Shown piece by piece: positions 9,658-19,291 of a DNA stretch of 59,552 bases. Origin of the DNA: Armatimonadota bacterium (GTDB lineage: Bacteria; Armatimonadota; Zipacnadia; Zipacnadales; UBA5352); NCBI GenBank assembly GCA_034722055.1, contig JAYENL010000093.1, positions 29,622 through 89,173 on the forward strand, in the 5' to 3' direction. The notes under the pieces were generated by a model. It did not search any database, was not told the DNA's origin, and worked only from the letters and a program-made list of their open reading frames with translations. How positions within the stretch are numbered: the stretch's first letter is position 1; the number at the start of each line of letters is the position of its first letter. The translations under genes were made by a program, and so were the position numbers.

Positions 9658-12600
9658 CAGCGCCGAGCGCGGCTACGAGCGCATCGAGGAGGCCGTCGCC
9701 GATCTCTCGCGCAGCTTCCTGATGACCAGCGGCGCCGGCTGCGGCAAGACCTACCAGATGGTGCAGCGCTACACCAACATCCTGGCCTCCGGCGCGCACG
9801 TGGGGGAGATCGTGGCCGTCACCTTCACCGAGAAGGCCGCGGCGGAGCTGCGCGACCGAGTGCGGGCGAAGTGCCGCGAGAACATCGCCGAGGACCCCGA
9901 GAACCGCGACCTGTGGGAGCGGGCCGCCCGGGAGATGGCCGTGGCGCCCATCGGCACTATCCACGCCCTCTGCGCCCGCCTGCTGCGCGAGAATGCGGTC
10001 CAGGCGGGCGTGGACCCGCGGTTCGGCCAGCTCGACGAGACCCAGCAGCACTTCCTGCTCCGCGACGTCGTCCGCGACACCCTCCTGCAGCGCCTGCACG
10101 GTGGCGAGGCCACCGCCGAGCGCATCGTCGCCCGCTGGGGCCTGGCCGAGGCCGTCGGCAAGCTCCGCGGCATGGTGGGCGACCGCGAGCGCCTCGCCGA
10201 CCTGCTGGAGAGCCCGCCCTCGGCCGAGGAGCTGCTCGGCCGCTGGCGGGAGGCCTACATGGACGCGATGGGCGACCGGCTGCAGGAGCTGCTTGGGGAC
10301 CCGCTGTGGGCCACGGCCACTGAGAGCCTGCAATCCGTGCCTGCGGTGAACATCGATGACAGCGCCGCGGAGCGCCACCGGCCGGCGCTCGACGCCATCG
10401 CCAGGGCGCTCGACGAGAGCCTTCCGCTCCATGAGCGCTTCGCGGCCTTCGGCGAGGCCATCGGCTGGGGACACAAGGGCAGAGTTGGCCGCAAGAGCAA
10501 CTGGTCGGCGGCCAAGCTCGCCAGGCTGCGCGAGGGCCTGTACGCCCTCGGCGAGCTCCGCGACCGCTGCCGCGAGGAGGGCCTGGAGTTTGCGGCCCTT
10601 GAGGATTCCGAGACCGCGGAGCTCGCCCACGCGCTGTGCGTGGAGGCCGCGGCGGCCGCCGCGGCCTACGCCGAGGAGAAGCAGAGGCGCTCGGTGCTGG
10701 ACTTCGCCGACCTGCAGATCCTCGCCCGCGACCTGCTCCGCGACCACCCGGACGTGCTCCAGGCGGTGCGGGAGCGCTATCAGTGGGTTCTGGTGGACGA
10801 GTTTCAGGACACCAACGCGCTGCAGAAGGACATCATCTGGTTGCTTGCCGGCGGAGATGTGCGCGACGGCACGCCGCCGCGTCCCGGCGCCCTCTTCGCC
10901 GTCGGCGACGCCAAGCAGTCGATCTATCGCTTCCGCGGCGCCGACGTCACGGTCATCACCGAGACTGAGGACGACTTCCGCGGGCCGCATGACGGCTGCG
11001 GTGTCCTCCGCCTCAGGCGCAGCCGGCGCAGTCACCCCCGGCTCACGGAGCTGCTCAACTTCGTGTTCGACCAGGACGCGGTCATGGGTGACGAGGGCCA
11101 GGCCGCCTTCGAGGCCACCTATGAGTGCGTTGAGGCGCATCGCGAGGACCTCCTCGATCAGCATGATGCGGAGCTGATGCTGGTGGCTGCGCCGGCGGCC
11201 GAGGAGGGCGATGGCGAGGACGGCGACGGCCTCACCACCCGGCAGGCCCGCATGCGGGAGGCCGAGGCCATCGCCAGGCGCATCCGGGAGATCGTTGAGG
11301 CCGGCGAGATGCGCGTCGGCGAGAAGCGCCAGAGGGGGGATGGGGAGGAGGAGATCGTTCACCGCGCGCCTACCTGGCGGGACTTCGGCATCCTCTTCGC
11401 CGCCATGACTGACGTCGGCATCTATGAGTACGCGCTCCGGCGGGAGGGCATCCCCTTCTACACCGTCGCCGGCCGGGGATTCTATAACCGCCAGGAGATC
11501 CGCGACTGCATCAACCTGCTGAGCGCCCTCGAGAACCTGACCGATGAGCTCTCGCTCGTGGGCGCGCTCCGCTCGCCGATGTTCGCCGTATCCGATGACA
11601 CCCTCTACTGGCTCACACGGCCGCGTCTGCCGCTGATGGACGCCATGCGCCAGGCCGCGGACGGAGACTTCGAGCACCAGCAGCACATCAAGGCCGACCA
11701 GCAGCCCCGGCTGCAGCGCGCGGTCCGCGTCATCGACCGCCTTCGCGCGGCCCGCGACCGGCTCACGCTGTCGGAGCTGATGGAGCGGGTCGCGGCCGAA
11801 ACCGGGCTGGCGTCGGTGCACCTCACGCAGTTCGCCGGCCGCCAGGCGGCCGCGAACATCCGCAAGCTGGCGGACCTGGCCCGCCGCTTCGAGGCCACCG
11901 GGGAGTACAGTCTGCGGCGCTTCGTGGAGTACCTTCGCGACCTGGTGGTCAGCGAGGAGCATGAGGGGCTGGCCACCGTCCACGAGGAGGCCAGCGACGT
12001 CGTCCGGCTGCTGACCGTGCACAAGGCCAAGGGCCTCGAGTGGCCCATCGTGGTGGTGCCCGACCTGGCCCGCCCGCCCCGCGCCGGCTCCGCGGACCCG
12101 CTGCTGGATGAGCGCATGGGGCCGGTGCCGAAGATGGAAAGCGAGGACGGCGAGGCCACCTGGGGCGCCGCCGGCAGCCTGGTGCGGTGCCGGCACCAGG
12201 AGCAGGAGGTCGCCGAGCGCCGGCGCCTGCTCTACGTGGCCCTCACCCGCGCCCGCGATCACCTCATCCTCTCCGCCTCCTACGAGCTGAACAAGGACGG
12301 GACCCTGGCCAGCAATGTGGACTGGCTGCGGTGGCTCTCGGAGGCCTTCGGCATCGACCTCCAGGAGATCACCCAGGGCCGGACGCTGGGCGAGGGCGCC
12401 GGATGGAGCTGCCTGCTCACCGTCCCCGACCTCGAGGCCGGGAAGCGGCCTGAGGCGCGGGGCTTCCCGGAGCGCGCCGAGCCTGAGGCGCTGGCTCGCG
12501 CGGCGGAGGCCGCCTCCGGAGGCGTCGAGCACATCCCGCCCCTCGCGCTGCCCATCGCCCCCACGCAGGCCCCTCTGCGGCGCTTCACGGTGACGGAGCT

Positions 12601-13327
12601 GGTGCACTACCGTGCCTGCCCCCGCCTCTACATGCTGCGGCACCTGCTGGACATGCCGGAGCGGCCCCGCGGCGGCGACTGGCTCAGCTCGCTCTCGGCC
12701 GCCGACCGCGGAGACGTGGTGCACGCCGCCCTGGAGGCCATCGGCCGCAGGGGCCTGGAGGATGGCGTCATCGAGCAGGCGCTGGAGGTGGCCACCTTCC
12801 CCCACGCCATCTCCTCTCGCCTGGCCCCCGGCGAGCGGGAGCAGATGCGGGATATTATCCGCTGGTTCGTCCACGACGCGCCGGTTGACGGTGAAGAGGC
12901 CCGCATCTACCGGGACTGGATCGCCACCGCCGACCGCCTTCGCGGCGAGGTGCAGTTCGCGGTGACCGTGGACGGCGTGCTGGTAGAGGGCACCGTTGAC
13001 GCCCTGGCGGAGCGCAGCGACGGGCACTCGCGCATCCTCGACTACAAGACCGGCCGTCCGGACGAGAGGAAGCTCGACGAGTACCGCTTCCAGATCGGCC
13101 TGTATTGCGCCGCGCTCCAGGCCGCCGGGCGACCGCTCCCGGAGGCGGCGGCGCTGGTGCTGCTTGACCAGCGCCGGATCATACGCCTGGGTCCCGGCGA
13201 ATGGGCCGACGCCGCCCGGCGGGAGCTCTCTCACATCGTAGAGCAGGTGCGCGGCGGCCGCTTCGACCGCCCGGAGCCCTGTCCTCTCAAGCACTGCACT
13301 CTTGCGTACGCCTGCGAGAGGGCGTAA
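9650..13327 (+). CDS. addA: ATP-dependent helicase/nuclease subunit A (AddA): UvrD-type motor plus PD-(D/E)xK nuclease
   Basis: GAGCGKT, VTFTEKAA, TIHALC, VDEFQDTN, VGDAKQSIYRFRGAD, TVHKAKGLE, LYVALTRA, GTVD...LDYKTG. Overlaps the addB stop; GGAGG immediately precedes ATG 9650. Confidence 0.92.
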   Translation: MTDSAERGYERIEEAVADLSRSFLMTSGAGCGKTYQMVQRYTNILASGAHVGEIVAVTFTEKAAAELRDRVRAKCRENIAEDPENRDLWERAAREMAVAPIGTIHALCARLLRENAVQAGVDPRFGQLDETQQHFLLRDVVRDTLLQRLHGGEATAERIVARWGLAEAVGKLRGMVGDRERLADLLESPPSAEELLGRWREAYMDAMGDRLQELLGDPLWATATESLQSVPAVNIDDSAAERHRPALDAIARALDESLPLHERFAAFGEAIGWGHKGRVGRKSNWSAAKLARLREGLYALGELRDRCREEGLEFAALEDSETAELAHALCVEAAAAAAAYAEEKQRRSVLDFADLQILARDLLRDHPDVLQAVRERYQWVLVDEFQDTNALQKDIIWLLAGGDVRDGTPPRPGALFAVGDAKQSIYRFRGADVTVITETEDDFRGPHDGCGVLRLRRSRRSHPRLTELLNFVFDQDAVMGDEGQAAFEATYECVEAHREDLLDQHDAELMLVAAPAAEEGDGEDGDGLTTRQARMREAEAIARRIREIVEAGEMRVGEKRQRGDGEEEIVHRAPTWRDFGILFAAMTDVGIYEYALRREGIPFYTVAGRGFYNRQEIRDCINLLSALENLTDELSLVGALRSPMFAVSDDTLYWLTRPRLPLMDAMRQAADGDFEHQQHIKADQQPRLQRAVRVIDRLRAARDRLTLSELMERVAAETGLASVHLTQFAGRQAAANIRKLADLARRFEATGEYSLRRFVEYLRDLVVSEEHEGLATVHEEASDVVRLLTVHKAKGLEWPIVVVPDLARPPRAGSADPLLDERMGPVPKMESEDGEATWGAAGSLVRCRHQEQEVAERRRLLYVALTRARDHLILSASYELNKDGTLASNVDWLRWLSEAFGIDLQEITQGRTLGEGAGWSCLLTVPDLEAGKRPEARGFPERAEPEALARAAEAASGGVEHIPPLALPIAPTQAPLRRFTVTELVHYRACPRLYMLRHLLDMPERPRGGDWLSSLSAADRGDVVHAALEAIGRRGLEDGVIEQALEVATFPHAISSRLAPGEREQMRDIIRWFVHDAPVDGEEARIYRDWIATADRLRGEVQFAVTVDGVLVEGTVDALAERSDGHSRILDYKTGRPDERKLDEYRFQIGLYCAALQAAGRPLPEAAALVLLDQRRIIRLGPGEWADAARRELSHIVEQVRGGRFDRPEPCPLKHCTLAYACERA

Positions 13328-13395
13328 CATATACGTGTGTAGCGTCGTGGCTGCATGGCGCGGTGGCAGGGCGACGGTTGAGAAGGGGTGTATCG

Positions 13396-14382
13396 GTGCC
13401 GAGGGCCGTCTGGACACTGGCAATCATCATTCCTGTCTGCATGGCCGGCTGCAGTCGCGACGCCACGACGATCTCCACCCTCGAGGCCCAGGTGCGACGC
13501 AATCCCGACTCCGTGCAGCACCTGGTGGCGCTGGGCGAGGCCTACCTCGAGGAGGAGATGAAACATGACGCCTTCATTCAGTTCTCGCGGGCCTGGCAGC
13601 AGGCCCCCTCCTCCTTTGAGGCCGCCTACGGCCTGGCCCGCGCCCATGCGGCGCTGGGGGCCCGGCAGCAGGCGCTCACGACCGTGGACCAGGCCCTGGA
13701 GATCGACCCCGACAGCGTCGAGGCGCTCAGCTTCAGGGGCCGGTTGCACCTGGCGGCCGGCGACCCCGAGGCGGCCGTCGATGACCTGCAGCGGGCGCTG
13801 GAGCTGGATCCGGACAGTGAGGAGGCGCTGCGCCATCTGCCCATCGCCTACCTGCGCACCGATGAGCTTGACAGGGCCGAACAGGCAGCGCGCGACGCCC
13901 GCGACAGACGGCCCGAGGATGTGGACGCGCACCTGAACCTGGCGCTGGTTCTGGCTGTCAGGAAGAAGTATGACGAGGCCGAGCAGCTCCTGCGCCAGGC
14001 CATGGAGCTGGCCCCCGACGATGCGCGACCGCCCTTCCGGCTGGCGGAGGTGCTGCTCATCCAGGAGAGGAAGCTTGAGGAGGCGGTGGAGCTGGCTGAG
14101 AAGGCCGCCGACAGTGGGGAGCCGAAGGGAGAGGCCGGGGCACTGGCGGCCATGGCGCTCCGAAAGCTCGGCCGCCAGCGGGAGGCCATCCAGCGTCTGC
14201 ATGACGCTGCCAGCATGAACCCCCGCAATACCCGCCTGTGGCTGATGTTGTCCGCTGCCTACAAAGAGATAGGTGAAGAGGAGGCCGCCGCAAAGGCGGC
14301 GGCCGTGGCCGTCCGTCTGGCCCCCAGACGCAAGATGCGAGAGGGCGAGGGCGGCGAGTTGATCATTACGCCGGAGTGGTGA
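13396..14382 (+). CDS. TPR-repeat putative lipoprotein
   Basis: Signal-like N-terminus ending in MAGC (lipobox-like) from GTG 13396; multiple TPRs (ALEIDPD..EAL, ALELDPD..EAL). Confidence 0.75.
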   Translation: MPRAVWTLAIIIPVCMAGCSRDATTISTLEAQVRRNPDSVQHLVALGEAYLEEEMKHDAFIQFSRAWQQAPSSFEAAYGLARAHAALGARQQALTTVDQALEIDPDSVEALSFRGRLHLAAGDPEAAVDDLQRALELDPDSEEALRHLPIAYLRTDELDRAEQAARDARDRRPEDVDAHLNLALVLAVRKKYDEAEQLLRQAMELAPDDARPPFRLAEVLLIQERKLEEAVELAEKAADSGEPKGEAGALAAMALRKLGRQREAIQRLHDAASMNPRNTRLWLMLSAAYKEIGEEEAAAKAAAVAVRLAPRRKMREGEGGELIITPEW

Positions 14383-14447
14383 TCCACCTGCGGTCACTAT
14401 CAGGGCCGGCCGCAGCCACGCCGGCGGAGTCTCCGTGAGGTGCTGGC

Positions 14448-15782
14448 ATGTCCGACAGCTCTGCCAGTGAGGTCGAGGAGCTGCAGCGCAAGCTCCGCCA
14501 GCGCGACGAGCAGATACGGGCCATTCACCGCATCACCAGCGCCCTGGGCGGAATCGTGCGCCAGCAGGACCTGATCCGCGAGGCCCTGAGAGTCTCCATG
14601 GAGCAGGTCCGCGCCGGCGCAGGCTCCATCATCCTTTACAATGAGGACCGCGACAAGCTCGTCTTCACTCACGTGGTGGGCCCCACCGCCGACGATCTCA
14701 CGGGCATGGAGATGGAGCCCGACCAGGGCATCGCCGGCTCCGTCTTCCAGACCGGCGAGCTGCGCGTCAGCGAGGATGTCTCCACCGAGGAGGAGCACGA
14801 CTCTGACATCGGAGAGCGGGTCCAGTACCGCACCCGCAACATGGTCACCGTTCCCCTCAAGAGCGTGGAGGGCGATCCCATCGGCGTCATGCAGGTGCTC
14901 AACAAGGAGGAGGGCATCTTCGACCAGGCCGACATCGACATCCTCGCCATACTGGGCGCCGAGATCGCCAGCGCCATCGAGACCAGCCGCCTGCACGAGC
15001 GGGCCCGGCTTGCCGAGATCATCCAGTTCATCGGCCACATCAGCCACGACGTCAAGAACATGGTCACTCCTGTGCAGACCGGGGCCGAGACCCTGCAGTT
15101 CATGCTCGAGGACATGTTCGCCAGGCTCGATGAGCTGTGCGCGGAGACTCAGGACGAGGAGGTCGGCCAGATCCGCAACGCCGTCGATGAGGTCCGCGAC
15201 TTCTACCCCGAGATGATCAACATCATCGTTGACGGCTCCAATAACGTGCAGGAGCGCACCAAGGAGATCTCCGACTGCATCAAGGGCATGGTCTCCAAGC
15301 CCAGCTTCGCGCCCTGCGATCTCGACGAGCTGATCAGCCGCGTCACCAAGCCGCTGGCCCTGGTGGCCGAGGAGGCCGGCGTGACGCTCTCTCACGAGCC
15401 CGACGGCGACCTCCCGCAGGTGGTCTGCGACGAGAAGCAGCTCTACAACGCCATCTACAATCTGGCCAACAACGCCATCCAGGCCTGCGAGCGCGGAGAC
15501 ACGGTGACCATCCACACCGACGCGGTCCCCGGCGGAGAATGGCCCGCCGGGTACTACGCGCTGGTGCAGGTGGCCGACACCGGCTCCGGAATCCCTGATC
15601 ACGTGCTTGAGAAGCTCTTCACCGACGATGCCGTCAGCACCAAGCCGGGGGGCACCGGCCTGGGCACCCGCATCATCAGGGACGTGGTCACCGCCCACGA
15701 CGGCCTCATCGAGGTGGAGAGCGAGGTAGGGAAGGGGACCACCATGACGGTCAAGCTCCCCCTCACTCCCGAGTCCGACTGA
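14448..15782 (+). CDS. Soluble GAF-domain sensor histidine kinase
   Basis: GAF (GIAGSVFQTGE, VPLK..G..IGVMQVLNK); H-box ISHDVKN; N-box NLANNAIQA; DTGSGI; GTGLG. Confidence 0.9.
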   Translation: MSDSSASEVEELQRKLRQRDEQIRAIHRITSALGGIVRQQDLIREALRVSMEQVRAGAGSIILYNEDRDKLVFTHVVGPTADDLTGMEMEPDQGIAGSVFQTGELRVSEDVSTEEEHDSDIGERVQYRTRNMVTVPLKSVEGDPIGVMQVLNKEEGIFDQADIDILAILGAEIASAIETSRLHERARLAEIIQFIGHISHDVKNMVTPVQTGAETLQFMLEDMFARLDELCAETQDEEVGQIRNAVDEVRDFYPEMINIIVDGSNNVQERTKEISDCIKGMVSKPSFAPCDLDELISRVTKPLALVAEEAGVTLSHEPDGDLPQVVCDEKQLYNAIYNLANNAIQACERGDTVTIHTDAVPGGEWPAGYYALVQVADTGSGIPDHVLEKLFTDDAVSTKPGGTGLGTRIIRDVVTAHDGLIEVESEVGKGTTMTVKLPLTPESD

Positions 15783-15849
15783 GATCACCGCCGCGGTCCG
15801 CCAGCGCCCTCCCGCTCAGCGGGCCGTTTCCACGAGGAGAGTCCCAGGG

Positions 15850-17025
15850 ATGCAGAGCTTCGAGTTCTTCAACTCCGTACGCCTCCTGTTCGGCACCGGG
15901 CAGTTCCAGCGCCTCGGCGAGCGCGCGGCCGACTGCGGCCGCCGCGCCATGCTGGTCACCGGTCGCAGCTCCGCCCGAGAGACCGGCCTGCTCCACCGCG
16001 CGCTGGACCTGCTGGATGACGCCGGCGTTGATGTCACGCTCTTCGATGGCGTCATGCCCAACCCCACCGACGAGATCGTCGAGGAGGGCGGTGAGCTGGC
16101 CCGTGAGGCGGGCATTGACCTGGTCATCGGCCTGGGCGGCGGCTCGCCCATGGACGCCGCCAAGGGAATCGCCGTGGCCGCCACCCACGACGCCCCGGTC
16201 AGCGAGTTCCTCAAGCCCCCGGACAAGGCCGAGCCCACCGATGCCACGCTCCCGCTCATCTGCGCCACGACGACCTCTGGCACGTCATCGGAGCTGACGC
16301 CCTACGCCGTCATCACCATCAAGGACCTGACGATGAAAAGCTCTATCGGCGGCGACCACATCTACCCGAAGGTGGCCATCGTGGACCCGGAGCTGACGCT
16401 CACCTGCCCGCCGTCGGTGACCGCCAACACCGGCGCCGACGTGCTGGCTCACGCCATGGAGGGCTACTTCTCGACCGTGGCCTCGCCCGTCACGGAGGCC
16501 TGCTCGGAGCGGGCCATCGGCCTGGTGGGCCAGCACCTGCCGCGAGCCGTCAGCGCCCCGGAGGACCTCAGCGCGCGGGAGGGCATGTCGCTGGCGAACG
16601 TCTTCGCCGGCTACACGCTCTCCAACTGCGGGGCCACCGTGCTGCACGCTCTGGAGCATCCCATGAGCGCGCACTACCCGGAGCTGCCTCACGGGGCGGG
16701 CCTGGCGGTGCTGATGGTGGCATACGCTGAGCGGTACTGGGAGGAGGACCCCTACAAGTTCGGGCGCATCACGCAGCTTCTTGGGGACGCCCCCCACGTG
16801 GCGCCGGAGCATGTCGCCGACGGCGCGGCTGACGCCCTCCGGAATCTGCTGGGGAGGATCGGCCTGAACGTGGGGCTGGAGGACATCGGGGTGGAGCGCG
16901 ACCTGCTCCCCACCATCGCCGCCGACGCCATGCACTACATGGAGGGCGCCATCACTAAGACTCCGGTGGAGCTGTCCCGCGAGGAGCTGATCGAGCTGTT
17001 GGAGGCGAGCTACAGCACCGACTGA
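15850..17025 (+). CDS. Iron-containing alcohol dehydrogenase
   Basis: GLGGGSPMDAAK, TTSGTSSELT, DVLAHAMEGY, HALEH and HGAG metal-ligand motifs. Confidence 0.92.
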   Translation: MQSFEFFNSVRLLFGTGQFQRLGERAADCGRRAMLVTGRSSARETGLLHRALDLLDDAGVDVTLFDGVMPNPTDEIVEEGGELAREAGIDLVIGLGGGSPMDAAKGIAVAATHDAPVSEFLKPPDKAEPTDATLPLICATTTSGTSSELTPYAVITIKDLTMKSSIGGDHIYPKVAIVDPELTLTCPPSVTANTGADVLAHAMEGYFSTVASPVTEACSERAIGLVGQHLPRAVSAPEDLSAREGMSLANVFAGYTLSNCGATVLHALEHPMSAHYPELPHGAGLAVLMVAYAERYWEEDPYKFGRITQLLGDAPHVAPEHVADGAADALRNLLGRIGLNVGLEDIGVERDLLPTIAADAMHYMEGAITKTPVELSREELIELLEASYSTD

Positions 17026-17076
17026 GGTTGGTGGTGGTGGCGGCCGTGCGCCGTGTCGTTGTCGTCTGCCGTCTGC

Positions 17077-17245
17077 CGTTCCGTGGCGCGGACACTCAAG
17101 CCGCAAGCTGCAGGCTACAAGCTACAAGCTCACGACAGCGGCTGTCGTTCCGTGGCACGGACACTCAAGCCGCAAGCTGCAGGCTACAAGCTACAAGCTC
17201 ACGACAGCGGCTGTCGTTCCGTGGCACGGACACTCCTGTCCGTGC
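17077..17245 (+). repeat. 69-bp tandem repeat (about 2.3 copies): CAAGCTA-type heptamers plus hairpin, ending in a GTGG REP-like palindrome
   Basis: cgttccgtggc at 17077, 17146 and 17215. Each unit has caagccg caagctg caggcta caagcta caagctc, then acgacagc-g-gctgtcgt. Final palindrome gcacggaca-ctcc-tgtccgtgc. Confidence 0.9.
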
Positions 17246-17302
17246 GTCGTGCCGTTGTCGTAACCCGCACACCGTCATGAGCAGAGACCGGGAGAGGCAG
17301 GG

Positions 17303-18133
17303 ATGCTGGAGCTCACGCGCGCCACAGTCAAGTCCGCCGCCTCCGCTGCCGGCGTCGGCGTGCGCAGCGGTCAGGACGTCACGCTCACCATCGGACCGGC
17401 CGAGATCGGCGCCGGGCTGACCGTCGAGCGCGCCGACCTCGGCGAGCGCTGGCCGCTGGACCTGGCGCACTGTGCGCCCGGCCCCGGTGCCACCGTCTGC
17501 GGGGAGGGCGACGCGGCGGTGTGCTTCATCGAGCACCTTCTGGCGGCGCTGTGGTCGCGCGGGATCACCGACTGCCTGGTGAGCCTCGACGGCCCGGAGG
17601 TGCCGCTGTTCGACGGCAGCGCTCTGCCGCTGCTGGAGGTCATCGACGAGGCCGGCGTGGCCCGCTCAGGGGCGCCGCTGGAGCCGCTGGAGGTCGGCGA
17701 GCCCGCCATGGTGATCGACGAGCATCGCGCCCTCTGCGCCCTGCCAGGCGAGCCTGCGGAGTTCGCGTACTCCCTCGAGCACGATCACCCCCTCATCGGG
17801 CGGCAGTTCGTGAGCTTCGTCCCTGAGCGCGACGACTTCGAGGTGGAGGTGGCGCCTGCGCGCACCTTCATCACGCTCGAGGAGGCCGAGGAGCTGCGCG
17901 AGGCGGGGATGCTGGCTGCTGGCAGTGAGGAGAACTGCCTGGTGGTATATCCCGATCACTGCTCCGAGGAGCCGGCCATCTCGCAGGCCTTCGCCCGCCA
18001 CAAGCTGCTGGACCTGCTCGGCGACCTCTACCTGCTGGGCCGGCCGGTGCTGGGGCGCATCTTCGCCTTCTACACCGGTCACAGACACAACCATGAGCTC
18101 GCGCACATGCTGGCGAGCGAGCCCGGGGGCTGA
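17303..18133 (+). CDS. lpxC: UDP-3-O-acyl-N-acetylglucosamine deacetylase
   Basis: IEHLLAAL, EVPLFDGSA, APARTF, RHKLLDLLGDL and GH.HN motifs. Confidence 0.9.
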   Translation: MLELTRATVKSAASAAGVGVRSGQDVTLTIGPAEIGAGLTVERADLGERWPLDLAHCAPGPGATVCGEGDAAVCFIEHLLAALWSRGITDCLVSLDGPEVPLFDGSALPLLEVIDEAGVARSGAPLEPLEVGEPAMVIDEHRALCALPGEPAEFAYSLEHDHPLIGRQFVSFVPERDDFEVEVAPARTFITLEEAEELREAGMLAAGSEENCLVVYPDHCSEEPAISQAFARHKLLDLLGDLYLLGRPVLGRIFAFYTGHRHNHELAHMLASEPGG

Positions 18134-18169
18134 CGAGCCGCACGTATCCTGGATCAAGGGGATGGAGCG

Positions 18170-19291
18170 ATGCAATACCGACAGTTCGCCGACACCGATA
18201 TCATGATCTCGGCGCTGGGCTTCGGCGCCATGCGCCTGCCCAAGGACGACGACTACGCCGTGGAGTGCATGCGGCGCGCGCTGGAGCTGGGCGTGAACTT
18301 CATCGACTCCGCCTCCGGCTACAGCGCCGGCGACCCGCCCGAGCGCGGCTACTCCGAGGTCCTCGTGGGGCGCGCCATCAAGGCCGTGCCTCGCGAGGAG
18401 GTCTACATCTCGACGAAGAACGCCGTGCGCGAGCCCTCCGGCGAGGCCTGGCGCAAGCAGCTTGAGGGCTCTCTGGAGCGCCTGGACACCGACTACATCG
18501 ACTTCTACCAGGTCGTGCACTCGATGAGCTGGGACTCCTACACCAACAAGTTCCGGCCGGAGGGCTGCGGGCTGGAGGAGGCCATCAGGGCCAAGGAGGA
18601 GGGCCTCATCCGCCACATGGGCTTCTCCTCGCACGACTCGCCGGAGAACATGATCCGCATGCTCGATGAGGGCCTCTTCGAGAACATCATCCTGCAGTAT
18701 AACCTCCTCGACCGCGCCAACGAGCCGGTCATCGCCCACGCGGCTGAGAACGACATCTCGGTCTTCGTGATGGGTCCTGTGGGGGGCGGGCGGCTCGGCA
18801 TGCGCTCCGAGAAGATCGAGGAGATGGTGCCCGATCAGGTGACCACTCCTGAGCTTGCCATCCGTTTCGTGCTCGCCAACCCCGGCGTTACCAGCGCCAT
18901 GTCGGGCATGAACTCCATCGAGATGGTGGAGGAGAATGCGGCCACTGCCTCCCGTGAGGAGCTACTGTCCGATGAGGAGATGGCGGCCATCGAGCAGGCC
19001 CTCGAGGAGAACAAGCGCCTGGCGGAGCTCTACTGCACCGGCTGCGAGTACTGCATGCCCTGTCCGGAGGACGTGGGCATCCCGCGGATCTTCTCGGCGA
19101 TGAACATGCACCGGGTCTGGGGCCTGACGGATGTCGCGAAGCGGATGTACGCGCGCCTGGGCCCTGATAGCCGCCGCGGGTATCTGCAGGCCGACGCCTG
19201 CGTGGAGTGCGGGCAGTGTGAGGAGAAGTGCCCGCAGGACATCCCGATCATCGAGCAGCTCAAGGAGTGCCACGAGACGCTGAGCGAGTAG
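18170..19291 (+). CDS. Aldo/keto reductase with C-terminal 4Fe-4S dicluster domain
   Basis: LGFGAMRLP, SLERLDTDYID, CTGCEYCMPCP and CVECGQCEEKCPQ. Confidence 0.92.
   Translation: MQYRQFADTDIMISALGFGAMRLPKDDDYAVECMRRALELGVNFIDSASGYSAGDPPERGYSEVLVGRAIKAVPREEVYISTKNAVREPSGEAWRKQLEGSLERLDTDYIDFYQVVHSMSWDSYTNKFRPEGCGLEEAIRAKEEGLIRHMGFSSHDSPENMIRMLDEGLFENIILQYNLLDRANEPVIAHAAENDISVFVMGPVGGGRLGMRSEKIEEMVPDQVTTPELAIRFVLANPGVTSAMSGMNSIEMVEENAATASREELLSDEEMAAIEQALEENKRLAELYCTGCEYCMPCPEDVGIPRIFSAMNMHRVWGLTDVAKRMYARLGPDSRRGYLQADACVECGQCEEKCPQDIPIIEQLKECHETLSE

Noticed and set aside
13325..13342. AT-rich quasi-palindrome acatatacgtgtgt after addA
   Set aside because: Too short and imperfect; it does not match the GAAC-N4-GTTC box or a terminator.
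7294..13423. Long antisense ORFs (756 and 1289 aa) and similar shadow ORFs throughout the window
   Set aside because: They mirror well-supported genes in high-GC DNA and have no recognisable motifs.
14448..15782. Pairing the orphan histidine kinase with the regulator at 52556
   Set aside because: They are 37 kb apart and the receiver is degenerate; nothing in the sequence links them.
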